A stretch of DNA of 64,000 nucleotides from a bacterium (lineage in GTDB: Bacteria > Patescibacteriota > Microgenomatia > JAMCZE01). A program made the position numbers and the translations under genes. The notes under the pieces were generated by a model that had not been told where the DNA came from, made no database searches, and saw only the letters and a list, made by a program, of their open reading frames with translations. Where the stretch lies: the NCBI GenBank assembly GCA_021836035.1, contig JAKBJL010000003.1, positions 132,135-196,134 of the forward strand, written 5' to 3'. Below, piece by piece: positions 40,694-49,783 of this stretch. Each line of letters opens with the position of its first letter. The stretch's first letter is position 1.

Positions 40694-41257
40694 ATGTCGA
40701 GTAATTTTGAAAACCATAGCACGATTATCCATAAGCGCCAAATTTACGGGCAGGTGTTAGAATACACGAACATGCAAAACGGATCGTTCGTTGTTCTTTT
40801 TAAAGACAGTGCCCGCCAAGAAGTATTTTTAGTTTTTCGTTCTGATTATCCTATATGGGGTATTACTGGTGGGGGGATTGAAAATGGAGAAACTTCAGAA
40901 CAAGCGGCGGTGAGGGAAGCCTTTGAGGAAACCGGGTTCGAGGTTAAAATTCTTAGAAAAGTCGGGGTTTATGAAAACGGGCTTGCCAAAACACATCTCT
41001 TTGAGGGCAGAGTTATTAAAGGTGACTTCAAGCCAGAGTTCCCGGGATGTAGAGGGGCCTGGTTTAAAGTTGATAATTTACCGAAGGATATGACGCATCG
41101 GGCTAAAGAAAAAGTCCAAGACGTCTCTAGTTGTTTTGATAAAACGCCTTTTGTCAAAAAAATACAAGGAGAATTGATTAGCGATAACTTAATTTTGGTA
41201 CTACGGCACCCATGTTATTTATTGAAATACCTAACGAATCAAATCGTTACCCACTAA
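40694..41257 (+). CDS. NUDIX hydrolase
   Basis: GGGIENGETSEQAAVREAFEETG Nudix box; true start may be ATG 40772. Confidence 0.88.
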   Translation: MSSNFENHSTIIHKRQIYGQVLEYTNMQNGSFVVLFKDSARQEVFLVFRSDYPIWGITGGGIENGETSEQAAVREAFEETGFEVKILRKVGVYENGLAKTHLFEGRVIKGDFKPEFPGCRGAWFKVDNLPKDMTHRAKEKVQDVSSCFDKTPFVKKIQGELISDNLILVLRHPCYLLKYLTNQIVTH

Positions 41258-41409
41258 TACATCAAAATCTTTGCCCACATGGCGGACACAAACAGCCCCG
41301 TACTTATTCAGACAGAGAGAGTAGGTTTTCTACTAAAATATCCTGATAAGTTTGATTCCAGTTGGGCGTTGATTTATTTTGATATAGAAACTAGGCACGA
41401 ATTTTGTTG

Positions 41410-41450
41410 GCAGCCCTGGATGGAACACATTCGAACTTTTTACGATCAGG
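41410..41450 (+). repeat. att-like scar, family A
   Basis: gcagccctggatggaacacattcgaactttttacg = QPWMEHIRTFY; left flank gaattttgtt is shared with the 29134 copy. Confidence 0.85.
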
Positions 41451-41456
41451 TGAAGA

Positions 41457-42299
41457 TTATTTCCTTACAATAACTCTTTCATTTATGGGGGGTGTTACTT
41501 CCTCTGATGGGTCGGGCAGTTCAAAAGTCTCGGGATTATAATCGTCGTCCTGTTTTGGTATCTTTCCGAAGATAGCATATTTTTCCCCATTATAATCGAT
41601 TGTCTCAGACAATCTTTGCCAATAATCGTGAGTCTGGTTCTCTCCGATAGGATCTTCATCTATATTAGAAAGGACATAAAATCTTCCACTTTTTTTATTA
41701 ATCCAATGAGCCTCAAAATATACGGCATTTTCCGTCTCTTTTAAATCACCGGGAAGATTTAACTGGGTAACAGGTACAAACCTCTCATTGCCACCACCGA
41801 CATCAGAGCCTTCATAGAGATGGATTACTAAAGAATCCAAACTTCCTTGAAGTTTATCTGCATTTTCGAGGGGGATCAGATGCAAAACTAAGACGTAGTG
41901 TGCTTCGAAGAATTGATCTTCGGCTTCTTGAGCCAAGGATTCTTCTCGTAACTCCTTCGGTGTATCCTTATGGGTGGGATTAAGTAGTTTAAACATGGGG
42001 GAACGGGCTATTGGTATGTATATTTGCAGGTAATAGCCTGGACTTCTTAATCTACCGATTGTAGCTTCTGTGTCGCCAAATGAAATTTCTTTTGATTGCG
42101 GATCGTGGAAATGAACCGTGCTGTTCAAATCCCCAGAGCTATAATGTCTGGCCAATTCTGCTTGTACACTACTGTAAGAAAGCTCCCTATATGTCTGAGG
42201 TGATTGAGAAAGACTCAAGAAGATAGGAGTCAACCCTACCAGATCATCAGGCGGGGGATATTCAGGAATATGTGGTCGAGGGAATTTTTCTTTGGGCAT
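41457..42299 (-). CDS. Hypothetical protein (single-gene cassette)
   Basis: 280-aa ORF with TATAAT 8 nt upstream, bounded by scars at 41410 and 42349. Confidence 0.7.
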   Translation of the reverse strand: MPKEKFPRPHIPEYPPPDDLVGLTPIFLSLSQSPQTYRELSYSSVQAELARHYSSGDLNSTVHFHDPQSKEISFGDTEATIGRLRSPGYYLQIYIPIARSPMFKLLNPTHKDTPKELREESLAQEAEDQFFEAHYVLVLHLIPLENADKLQGSLDSLVIHLYEGSDVGGGNERFVPVTQLNLPGDLKETENAVYFEAHWINKKSGRFYVLSNIDEDPIGENQTHDYWQRLSETIDYNGEKYAIFGKIPKQDDDYNPETFELPDPSEEVTPPINERVIVRK

Positions 42300-42348
42300 T
42301 TAGGAACATTATAGTGTTTCTGGTTCCTTTAATCAACCTATAGTATCT

Positions 42349-42390
42349 GCAGCCCTGGATAGAAAGTATTCGAACCTACTGCGCTCAAAT
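42349..42390 (+). repeat. att-like scar, family A
   Basis: gcagccctggatagaaagtattcgaacctactgcgctcaaat = QPWIESIRTYCAQ. Confidence 0.85.
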
Positions 42391-42427
42391 TCAGGTATTT
42401 GCTACTATTGTTTGACCTAAAATTATT

Positions 42428-42670
42428 TTATGTGGTTAAAAAGCGAACAACTTCTCGAACAACCTCTGCCTTTGGTCTGAGAATAAAGTCTCCATGCCCT
42501 CCGGGGTAGAAAAGCGACTTCCCATCGCTGAATCTGCGACGTAGCAATTCTGCCCGTCTTCTAAACATTTTTGTTTCATCTTTTGAATTAACTATTAAAA
42601 TGTCTTTACCTTCCAAAATATCAAGTTCGTTATACCAATCAGTATGAAAAAGATTGTAAAAGCCCTCCAT
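42428..42670 (-). pseudogene. C-terminal fragment of an alpha/beta hydrolase
   Basis: ILIVNSKDE...YPGGHG...P..VVREVVRFL; 5' part replaced by the LSR remnant. Confidence 0.55.
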
Positions 42671-43068
42671 TATTAGATGCGTGGCTAAACGGAAAGGTTA
42701 AGGAGGATTTGTATAATACTAAATCGGTCGAAATCGAGAGAGAGAAAGATGAAGTTATCGCCGAGATAGCAAAACACAAAACTACGGATCGTGCGTATCA
42801 AGCGGATATTGGGGGATTTTTAACTTTTTGTAACGAAGCTCCAACTTTATTCAAAAGTTCGAGACCTGCTCTAAAACGGGAGCTTTTGAGATTTGTCGTT
42901 TCGAACCTTATTTTGAAAGACGGAAAGCTCGATATTACGCTCCGTTTGCCATTCAACATAGTCGCAAAGTATGCCAAAAATGAGAATTGGCAGGGCTTGG
43001 TGAACTACGTCAGCAACTTCTACCGGGAAAACTGTTCCAGTTACCAATGGTTACTTACTCCCAATTAA
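42670..43068 (+). pseudogene. Large serine recombinase C-terminal remnant (family B) with att core at 42990
   Basis: LLDAWLNGKVKEDLY...KRELLRFVVSNLILKDGKL.ITLR.PF...NENWQGLVNYVSNFY; gcaggg at the core matches the tRNA end gcaggg. Confidence 0.8.
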
Positions 43069-43518
43069 TTCCTTAAATTTTGCCGCTCTTTGTTCTCTTG
43101 TCAAGGACAAAGCCCAATCCCAAGCGTCTTTATACAACGGCTGCCTTTCTGACTCAACTTTTACCTGCTTTTTCGCAAAGTCTTCACCCCATAAATCAAT
43201 CCAGACGTCATAAAGGATAAGATCTAATAGCTTATGGATTTCGTCCTCTTTACCGGGTATTAACCGGTGGAATAATTCATGGACTAAGGTAGCCTTTTTC
43301 GTCTCAATTGGGTAACTGGCTCTAAGACTAAGGGGATGGGATCGGCTTACGCCTTCAATAACAACGGCATTAATAGTATTTTCTGTAAATTTTAATCCGG
43401 TTAATCTTTCGATTGTTTCAATTATTCTTGCCGATTCTTTGATCCAAATCTCCTGATATTCCTCTGCAGATTTAATTAATTCTAAATCATCATGGTCTGG
43501 GTAAAAATTTATTTTCAT
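43051..43518 (-). CDS. Hypothetical HExxH metallopeptidase-like protein
   Basis: TLVHELFHRL; ATGA overlap with the upstream gene. Confidence 0.6.
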   Translation of the reverse strand: MKINFYPDHDDLELIKSAEEYQEIWIKESARIIETIERLTGLKFTENTINAVVIEGVSRSHPLSLRASYPIETKKATLVHELFHRLIPGKEDEIHKLLDLILYDVWIDLWGEDFAKKQVKVESERQPLYKDAWDWALSLTREQRAAKFKELIGSK

Positions 43519-44114
43519 AATTTCACTTTTAGTTCTTCCCACGTAATAACATCAGCCCAATTGGGGATTGGAGTTTCTAAAACCTTATCCCGGTCATCAA
43601 TTTTTCCGGAGGCGTGATCTACGGCTTCCTTAATTACCAAAGGATAGTAACCCCGCCAATTTAATTCCTGTATAGTTGAAAGGACGCAACAATCGATCGT
43701 AAGTCCGAAGAGCACAGGAATAACTTCTTCAGGTGAACCAATGTTTTTACCAAGCCATTCACCGAATTTTTTCGGATCGGGATAGGGGAGACCGGGTTCT
43801 TGATTGGGATCGCCGATTCCGTCTCTAATCCATACCGGCGAGTTCATGCACTTAACCCATTGAGATGAGACAAGCTCTTTAGGAACTATTGATTCATAGC
43901 CCCATTCGCCTGGGTGAGCCCCATCACCCCGGTCACCTGGTCTGGGTTGGCGATAATCGGAAACAATTTCGCAGATTTTTATTCTTTTTTCTTCGAGAAT
44001 TGGGAAAACATTTTCTTTAAGAAATTTTACTGATGGTTTAGGGGAATAAAACTTGCCGCCAACAGACGCAAATTCGTTTTGGATATCAACAGCGATAAAT
44101 CTATATTTTTCCAT
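43515..44114 (-). CDS. Isochorismatase/cysteine hydrolase family protein
   Basis: IAVDIQNEF, WVKC, GLTIDCCVLST, EAVD. Confidence 0.8.
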   Translation of the reverse strand: MEKYRFIAVDIQNEFASVGGKFYSPKPSVKFLKENVFPILEEKRIKICEIVSDYRQPRPGDRGDGAHPGEWGYESIVPKELVSSQWVKCMNSPVWIRDGIGDPNQEPGLPYPDPKKFGEWLGKNIGSPEEVIPVLFGLTIDCCVLSTIQELNWRGYYPLVIKEAVDHASGKIDDRDKVLETPIPNWADVITWEELKVKL

Positions 44115-44155
44115 GGTGAAACCGCTAAGACGTATGATAAGAGTATAATAAAACT

Positions 44156-44746
44156 ATGTCCATACCCGAAAACGTTGAGCGGAAGCTCTCGCCAGAGGAA
44201 GAAGCCAGAAAAGAAAAGTGGCTAAAAGACCTGTCGACTTTTATTGTCGAAGCCAATACCCATACTTGGGCAGCCGAAGGGGCAGAAGTTAAAGTTCCAC
44301 AAAGACCAAAATATAAAGAATTGCAATGGCCGCTGCCTGATCCAAATACCGGGAAGATCGAAGGAGGGTGGGAATTAAGAGATAGCTATACAGGATATTT
44401 CCGAGCTCCCTGGATGACGACAATTTACTATAAAGGGGAACCAGCCTGGACTATGGCTTACGGGAGAACCGGAATGATGGAAGATAAGTACGATATAACC
44501 AAAGCTACCTTTGATTTTCTTAAAAAAGCCCTAATGCTTGTGACAACAGAAATGCCGTATCGGGGATTGCCTTTGGAGGAGGGAAACCGTCGTTATGAAA
44601 TTCAAGCGAATGGTAATCTGGAAGACTTTGACGGCCAGGAGAAAACTTTTGAGGACAACGAATTAACTTTTACCCAGTATTTCTTCGGAGGAATTGTCAT
44701 CGACAAGGACGCGAAACGTCAGCCGGTTTATCCCTGGAATAGATGA
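44156..44746 (+). CDS. DUF5680-like protein
   Basis: FIVEAN..TWA, RDSY.G, W.M.YG, FL.KAL...MPYRG, F.G.E. Confidence 0.7.
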   Translation: MSIPENVERKLSPEEEARKEKWLKDLSTFIVEANTHTWAAEGAEVKVPQRPKYKELQWPLPDPNTGKIEGGWELRDSYTGYFRAPWMTTIYYKGEPAWTMAYGRTGMMEDKYDITKATFDFLKKALMLVTTEMPYRGLPLEEGNRRYEIQANGNLEDFDGQEKTFEDNELTFTQYFFGGIVIDKDAKRQPVYPWNR

Positions 44747-44747
44747 T

Positions 44748-45188
44748 ATGGGCAAAGAGAGAGAAGTTTCAGAAGCCGAGTTCCGGGCGTTGATGCAAAA
44801 GTATCAATTGGAATTTGTGGGAAACGGGCACACAGAACCGGAATATCAAAAAGGGGGATTGAATAATCTTTTTAAAGCCAGAGGTGGAGAGCGTCCTAAA
44901 GATGATACGGAGGCAAGGGAATTAACTCAAATTGCAGAATATGCGGCAACCGCTTTAGTCTCACCACGGGTTTTAAGAGAATGGCAGGACAGCGTAATCA
45001 GTTGGATGATAAAAAGCGGCGAAGAAAAAGTCCCGGTTTATTGCTGGCGTTATCAAGAACCGATGTATCGTAGCCATCCTCGTTGGGAAGAAGCCAAACA
45101 ATATGTTACCTTTTGGGAAGATAAAAAAAGCTGGGAAGATGTCCGCTATGGAAAATTAAATGAATGGGATAAACAAAAGCAGAAATAA
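44748..45188 (+). CDS. Hypothetical protein
   Basis: ATG 1 nt after the upstream stop; clean ORF. Confidence 0.6.
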   Translation: MGKEREVSEAEFRALMQKYQLEFVGNGHTEPEYQKGGLNNLFKARGGERPKDDTEARELTQIAEYAATALVSPRVLREWQDSVISWMIKSGEEKVPVYCWRYQEPMYRSHPRWEEAKQYVTFWEDKKSWEDVRYGKLNEWDKQKQK

Positions 45189-45196
45189 TTGTTAAC

Positions 45197-45940
45197 TTAA
45201 CGACGAACTGACTTAACTATAAAACTTGGTTTTGGAACTTCTACCACAAAAATCTCCCCCGGAGACCCTGATGGACCGGTTAAGGTTGTGCCAATAATTC
45301 TCTCGGCCAGTTGGGTAGTAGAAAGTTGCTGTAGAGTACTTGCCAAGGGATCAACCATAAGCCAGTTAATATCCCGGTCAGACAATTTGTTTAAGCCGTA
45401 TATTGCCACCCAATGGGAATAACTGTTTAGAAGAAAAAGATTACCTTCGGAAATAATATTTACCGCTGCCCATCCCATTTCCTCTGGCTCTCGAGGATCT
45501 AAATGGTTAATATGAATTCCTAAGTTTCTTTCCAGAAAATGCTGGACGGCATCGCGGCTGGCGGTTCTTTCGGTATGCATTCCCGCTCCGGATAGTAAAC
45601 CTTGCGCTCTTGCTTGCCCAGCTAAATAAGCCTCGTTAAAAGCCGCAAGGCGACCCTGGTGACGGGCAAGTCCTTCACCAATGGAAATCGAAGCCGCAAG
45701 AAGACAGGAGTTGTCATGTTTCTGAAGATGCGGCTGAAGCGGCAAAGAAATTCTTTCTCCTAACGGCAAGTCTCTCGCCTGATCAACAATGGCTGCTCTG
45801 GTTCTGGATAAAGCTCTTTCTCTTAAAGCGGGTAGTTCGGAAGAGTTAGGGCGGCGGATACCTTTAGCTTTTATACCGCTTGGTTTTCCTTCTCTTCTGG
45901 CTGTTACCTTGAATTTGCTTTCGTTTTCGCTCTCGGTCAT
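45197..45940 (-). CDS. Papain-fold C39-like cysteine peptidase domain protein
   Basis: LQKHDNSCLLA (Q..C), SHWVAIYG (H), MVDP (D); TGcTATAAT 6 nt before the ATG. Confidence 0.65.
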   Translation of the reverse strand: MTESENESKFKVTARREGKPSGIKAKGIRRPNSSELPALRERALSRTRAAIVDQARDLPLGERISLPLQPHLQKHDNSCLLAASISIGEGLARHQGRLAAFNEAYLAGQARAQGLLSGAGMHTERTASRDAVQHFLERNLGIHINHLDPREPEEMGWAAVNIISEGNLFLLNSYSHWVAIYGLNKLSDRDINWLMVDPLASTLQQLSTTQLAERIIGTTLTGPSGSPGEIFVVEVPKPSFIVKSVRR

Positions 45941-45993
45941 GGGAAAATTATAGCACCCCAAAAAGCAGAATAGAGATATAATCATAGATAAGC

Positions 45994-46586
45994 ATGGAGC
46001 CTATAGAGATTAAAGAAATATCCAACGACAGAATAGGCGCTGCCAAGATGCATTTTCTGGACCGCGTAACAGAGGCCGGACCAAAATTCGGTTATTTGCT
46101 AATCCATTTAAAGGCTTTAGAAAAATGGGCAGACAAGGAAAGTTCAAAGCGCCCGGAGTTAAATAAGGAAGTGTTTTTCTTGTCTATTTGGTTACACGAT
46201 ATTGGGCAGGTTATTGGTGATAAAACTGATCACGCCGTTAATTCCGAAACAGAAGTAAGAAGGTATCTTCCAGAAATTGGGGTGGGTTCGGAAACCGTTG
46301 AGGAAGTGGCTCACTGTGTTCGGTCCCACCGGTGCAAAGATGTCCAGCCGGAAACTCTGAAGCTAAAGTCTTAGCCGCATGTGATTCTGCCAGCCACATG
46401 ATAGATATTGTTTATGCCGATAAGGCTAGCGAGGGGAGGGCAGGGGAAGCATTAGGAAAATTGGAAAGGGATCTCCGGGACACGGGAATATTTCCGGAAA
46501 TTCAAGAAGAGGTTAAACCATACTATCTAGCGTGGAAAAATTTGTTGGAGTTTTTAAGTCGAAACAGCAGTAATAACTTCGTTTAA
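45994..46586 (+). pseudogene. HD-domain protein, frameshifted
   Basis: WLHDIG, DHA, VRSHR, then a frameshift near 46360 into EAKVLAACDSASH. Confidence 0.75.
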
Positions 46587-48203
46587 TCTTTGCTGCTTAA
46601 TAGTTTTAACTTGTTCACCTTTTTCTTCAATTTCTGCGTTTCGGTGGATTCGGCGTCCTAAGGGTTCAACAAATTCGTCCTTATAAAGAATCTCTGAATC
46701 CAGATAGAGTTTAACGTGGTCCATGAATGCCTTGCTTCCCAAATATTCAGCCACCTTTTGTCTCGCTTGCTGTTGAACTTTAGGATCTATGTCTGCCGCT
46801 TTCAGCTGGACAGCTTTTCTTAAAAGGGAAAAATAATAAACGCTAACCGGAATTTCAAAACCCCCGCCATCGTTATATATGGCTTCGGGTTTGGTTAATT
46901 CCGGCTGGGTTTTATAAAGATAGTCAAAGTAGGCAACCGAAGGGAAAAAGTTTTGGACCAAACAGTTTTCCAGAAAACCTACATAGCGACCATAATTTTC
47001 GTGTTGATAAAGCAATCTTACATATGGCTCAATTTCCGGATCTAAAGCCAGTTCACAATGAAAAACCGGGTGGCTAATTTTAAGCTGGTCGATCATCATA
47101 TACTCCTGCTCGTTTGTATGGGAAAGAATATTTTTTATAGCTTGCCGCATTTCTTCCAGGGTAAATTTCTCCTCAATGGCTTGCCCTGATGATTTAAAAT
47201 CGAAGGGGTCAACACCAAAGTGAAAGCCAAGATCGGCAGCAGTATTTCTAAAATCTTTCCCGACCTCCATTTGATCGGATAAATTTCTTAAATCATCAGC
47301 CGCAATTATGGTGTCCTTGGTCGGTGAAACTATTTTTGGTAAAAACTCTGAAGATAGGGGAGCAAAGTTTTCAAAGATAAATCTGTCCATCGCGGGCAAA
47401 TTTCTGTCTATTGCCGCCAATGAGGAGTTGTCGTGGGTACCGGCAATGGCGCGAATATTAGCATGCAAAATCTCGGTTCGTTTCTCTTGAGGAACATTAA
47501 ACCAGGTCTGTAGGGCTTTGAGATATTCATTATTATCTGTCAATTCCATGCATTCTTTAACAGTGGAGGTTGCTAGTTTATCTTGTGCTTCGGTTTTGGA
47601 GATTCTTCTCATTAAAATATTTAGACCTCTATGCGTATCAAAAGTTGCGTTTTCCGCAGGAGCCGGTTTCCACTCGTTCTTTTCGCTACTAAGTATTTCA
47701 AAGTCGTTTCCATATATCTGTTGGACATCTTCAAGGTCTCTGTACATCATGCTGCCAGAATTGTCTTTATAAGCGGGGTGTTCTTTGGAAAAGCCAAAAT
47801 ATAAGAGGTATCCGCCTTGTTTTACAATTCTTGCCTGTTCTTCTTCTGCTTTGATTTGGCCCTCTTTGGTTAGCATATGGGAACAACCGGAGTCTATGGC
47901 AACATCATAGCTGGAATCGTCCAGGGGCAATTTTGTTGCATTTGCCTCAATGAAACTTGTACTTAATTTATTTTTTTGGGCATTTGCTCTAGCAACATCA
48001 AGTTCTTCTTTGTTTATATTGATACCGATAACTTTAGCTCCTTGAGATTCCAGATAATTAGAATTACGACCAAATCCGCATCCGATATCAACAACAGTTT
48101 GGCCTGGTTTTATCAAACCTTTTTCAAGGCTAGTCTTAATAAATGGTGTTGGGCTATCTGCTTTCCAGGCGATGTTTTCGGAAACTTCTCCTACTTCGCT
48201 CAT
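46554..48203 (-). CDS. Class I SAM-dependent methyltransferase fused to an unknown C-terminal domain
   Basis: VVDIGCGFGRNS, NATKLPLDDSSYD, DSGCSH; about 330 aa of unrecognised C-terminus. Confidence 0.8.
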   Translation of the reverse strand: MSEVGEVSENIAWKADSPTPFIKTSLEKGLIKPGQTVVDIGCGFGRNSNYLESQGAKVIGININKEELDVARANAQKNKLSTSFIEANATKLPLDDSSYDVAIDSGCSHMLTKEGQIKAEEEQARIVKQGGYLLYFGFSKEHPAYKDNSGSMMYRDLEDVQQIYGNDFEILSSEKNEWKPAPAENATFDTHRGLNILMRRISKTEAQDKLATSTVKECMELTDNNEYLKALQTWFNVPQEKRTEILHANIRAIAGTHDNSSLAAIDRNLPAMDRFIFENFAPLSSEFLPKIVSPTKDTIIAADDLRNLSDQMEVGKDFRNTAADLGFHFGVDPFDFKSSGQAIEEKFTLEEMRQAIKNILSHTNEQEYMMIDQLKISHPVFHCELALDPEIEPYVRLLYQHENYGRYVGFLENCLVQNFFPSVAYFDYLYKTQPELTKPEAIYNDGGGFEIPVSVYYFSLLRKAVQLKAADIDPKVQQQARQKVAEYLGSKAFMDHVKLYLDSEILYKDEFVEPLGRRIHRNAEIEEKGEQVKTIKQQRLNEVITAVST

Positions 48204-48205
48204 AA

Positions 48206-48940
48206 TTATATTGTACCTATCCGCTCGGCTTTTGATAAGTCTTTCATAGAACCCCGGAATAAGGCTAAGTTGTAGTACTTGGTAAATTGAGTAAGTTTTT
48301 GGATTTGTTCTTCCTGCGGTTCTGTAGGAAACCATTTATTGGTGTTAATTGTTTTTGAGATTTCCGATTCCTGGGTCCGGACTAATATCCAGAAATCTTC
48401 AGTATCAACGCAAGCCATTAAGGGGGGATTTTCTGGCCGGGGATGATAGACAGAACCAAAAGCGTCTGAATAGCTTGGAGGTCTTGGGGAAACATGGGAA
48501 TGGATGGAAAGACCAGCCCGGTTTTTGGCGTTAAGTTTCGAACTGTCAAAATACGCAGAATCCGGTAAGCCTTGTAACGGTAGTGTCACGCCCAAGTTAC
48601 CTGCTTCATCGGAAGTGACAAGAACGCCCCACTCCGTATTAATCATTTTTCCAAGCTGTTCTTGCTCGTCAAGATAACCAAGAATTTGTTGGTAGTACGG
48701 ACTGGCTTTATCCACCTTGCCTTCGAGATTTTCCCGGACCTGCTGGGGGGAAAGCGGCTTTTCCCCAGTTAACTTAAGGATATCTCTAACCTGGTTTTGG
48801 ACAATAATTGGAATTACAAACTCTGATGGTAATTCAGACAGGCTGGGTTTACCTTCAAATGCGGCTTTGGTTATCCAAACACCTAGATCATTGTTCTTAG
48901 GAGTAAGTTCTCTCGATTCCTGTGCCCCCGGTTCAGCCAT
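48206..48940 (-). CDS. JAB/MPN-like domain protein
   Basis: EWGVLV...SIHSHVSPRPPSYSD (E...HxH...SxxD). Confidence 0.55.
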   Translation of the reverse strand: MAEPGAQESRELTPKNNDLGVWITKAAFEGKPSLSELPSEFVIPIIVQNQVRDILKLTGEKPLSPQQVRENLEGKVDKASPYYQQILGYLDEQEQLGKMINTEWGVLVTSDEAGNLGVTLPLQGLPDSAYFDSSKLNAKNRAGLSIHSHVSPRPPSYSDAFGSVYHPRPENPPLMACVDTEDFWILVRTQESEISKTINTNKWFPTEPQEEQIQKLTQFTKYYNLALFRGSMKDLSKAERIGTI

Positions 48941-48968
48941 ATATTCCTATTTTACCAGAGAAGAACTG

Positions 48969-49125
48969 TCAGAGAGTTTTTAACCAGGAGACAACCTTGG
49001 TGAACGAGGTTTTTCCGGAAGCGATTTGGGCTCCGATAACTGCCAACAGGCCGCCGATAATAAAGGGCACAGTTATTCTTTCACCAAGAAGAAGGACTGC
49101 CAGAATGATCGTGGCTACGGGTTGC
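48969..49125 (-). pseudogene. 3' fragment of an EamA/DMT transporter fused to the tRNA-Trp 3' end
   Basis: LQPVATIILAVLLLGERITVPFIIGGLLAVIG begins exactly at the tRNA discriminator. Confidence 0.8.
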
Positions 49126-49195
49126 AGGGATGCCAGGATTCGAACCTGGAAAAGCAGTTTTGGAGACTGCTGTGATACCATTTCACCACATCCCT
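49125..49195 (-). tRNA. tRNA-Trp (CCA)
   Basis: AGGGATG...GCAGT-CTCCAAA-ACTGC...CCAGG-TTCGAAT-CCTGG-CATCCCT-G; CCA tail not encoded. Confidence 0.95.
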
Positions 49196-49245
49196 AACCA
49201 ACGTATTTTATCATTTTTAACGTTTTTTGGATTACCACCTCGGGA

Positions 49246-49467
49246 TTATTTAATTTTCCTTAAATCGATTAATTGTGCCGGGTCAGTAGATGCTTCGCGG
49301 ACAGATGCGGAAAGAAAGTTAAGTACTTTTCCCATTCTTTGCCGAAGTCCCCGGTTTGATTTATTTTCAGAAACATCACCACAATGGTCACAAATATATT
49401 CAGGCGGGAGATTTCCGCCGTGTTCTGCTTTACAACCCTCGCAATTGTTAATTATTCTTACTGCCAT
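49246..49467 (-). CDS. Small CxxC...CxxC protein
   Basis: CEGC...CDHC; GGAGGTGA Shine-Dalgarno before ATG 49467. Confidence 0.6.
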   Translation of the reverse strand: MAVRIINNCEGCKAEHGGNLPPEYICDHCGDVSENKSNRGLRQRMGKVLNFLSASVREASTDPAQLIDLRKIK

Positions 49468-49501
49468 TGATATCACCTCCGCTCTTTTCTTATAACGATT
49501 A

Positions 49502-49783
49502 TTAATCGTTTAAAACGATTGGCTCACCGCCGGGAAAAGGAAAGACACCAACTCCTTCTTTTAACGTTTCTTCAGGCGGCAAAGAGACCCCTTCTAAAGA
49601 TAATGAACCAAGCCTTTTGGATTCCTTCAGTTTACAACCGGTTCTAAATTTTCTTTCCGCCCTAACTTTATTTGGCTGGCGGTCTCCGTGAACATCAGCC
49701 CGAACAACTTTATTCCTATTTATACCCATACCCTGATGGGCCGGTAATTTCTCAACTTCAGAAAACGATTCCATATTTACCAT
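49502..49783 (-). CDS. Small hypothetical protein
   Basis: AAGGAGGTGA Shine-Dalgarno 7 nt before the ATG. Confidence 0.6.
   Translation of the reverse strand: MVNMESFSEVEKLPAHQGMGINRNKVVRADVHGDRQPNKVRAERKFRTGCKLKESKRLGSLSLEGVSLPPEETLKEGVGVFPFPGGEPIVLND

Larger units (their letters stand above)
27421..49125. mobile_element. Tandem LSR-type cassette island at the 3' end of tRNA-Trp
   Basis: Seven co-oriented att-like scars, two LSR C-terminal remnants and several pseudogenes; ends exactly at the tRNA discriminator base. Confidence 0.8.

Noticed and set aside
41279-41473. 64-aa ORF as a gene
   Set aside because: It is an open frame running through the att scar; the upstream part shows no recombinase similarity that I can see.
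27421-42390. Family A repeats as a CRISPR array
   Set aside because: Spacing is 0.9-6.8 kb with whole genes between copies, the copies diverge in a codon-like way, and no cas genes are present.
27421-49125. Classical integron with attC sites
   Set aside because: No tyrosine integrase and no RYYYAAC...GTTRRRY hairpins at the junctions; cargo lies in both orientations.
48969-49181. 70-aa ORF as a real gene
   Set aside because: Its 5' part is the tRNA-Trp sequence and only the 3' part is an EamA fragment. ORF 49130..49495 likewise starts antisense within the tRNA.
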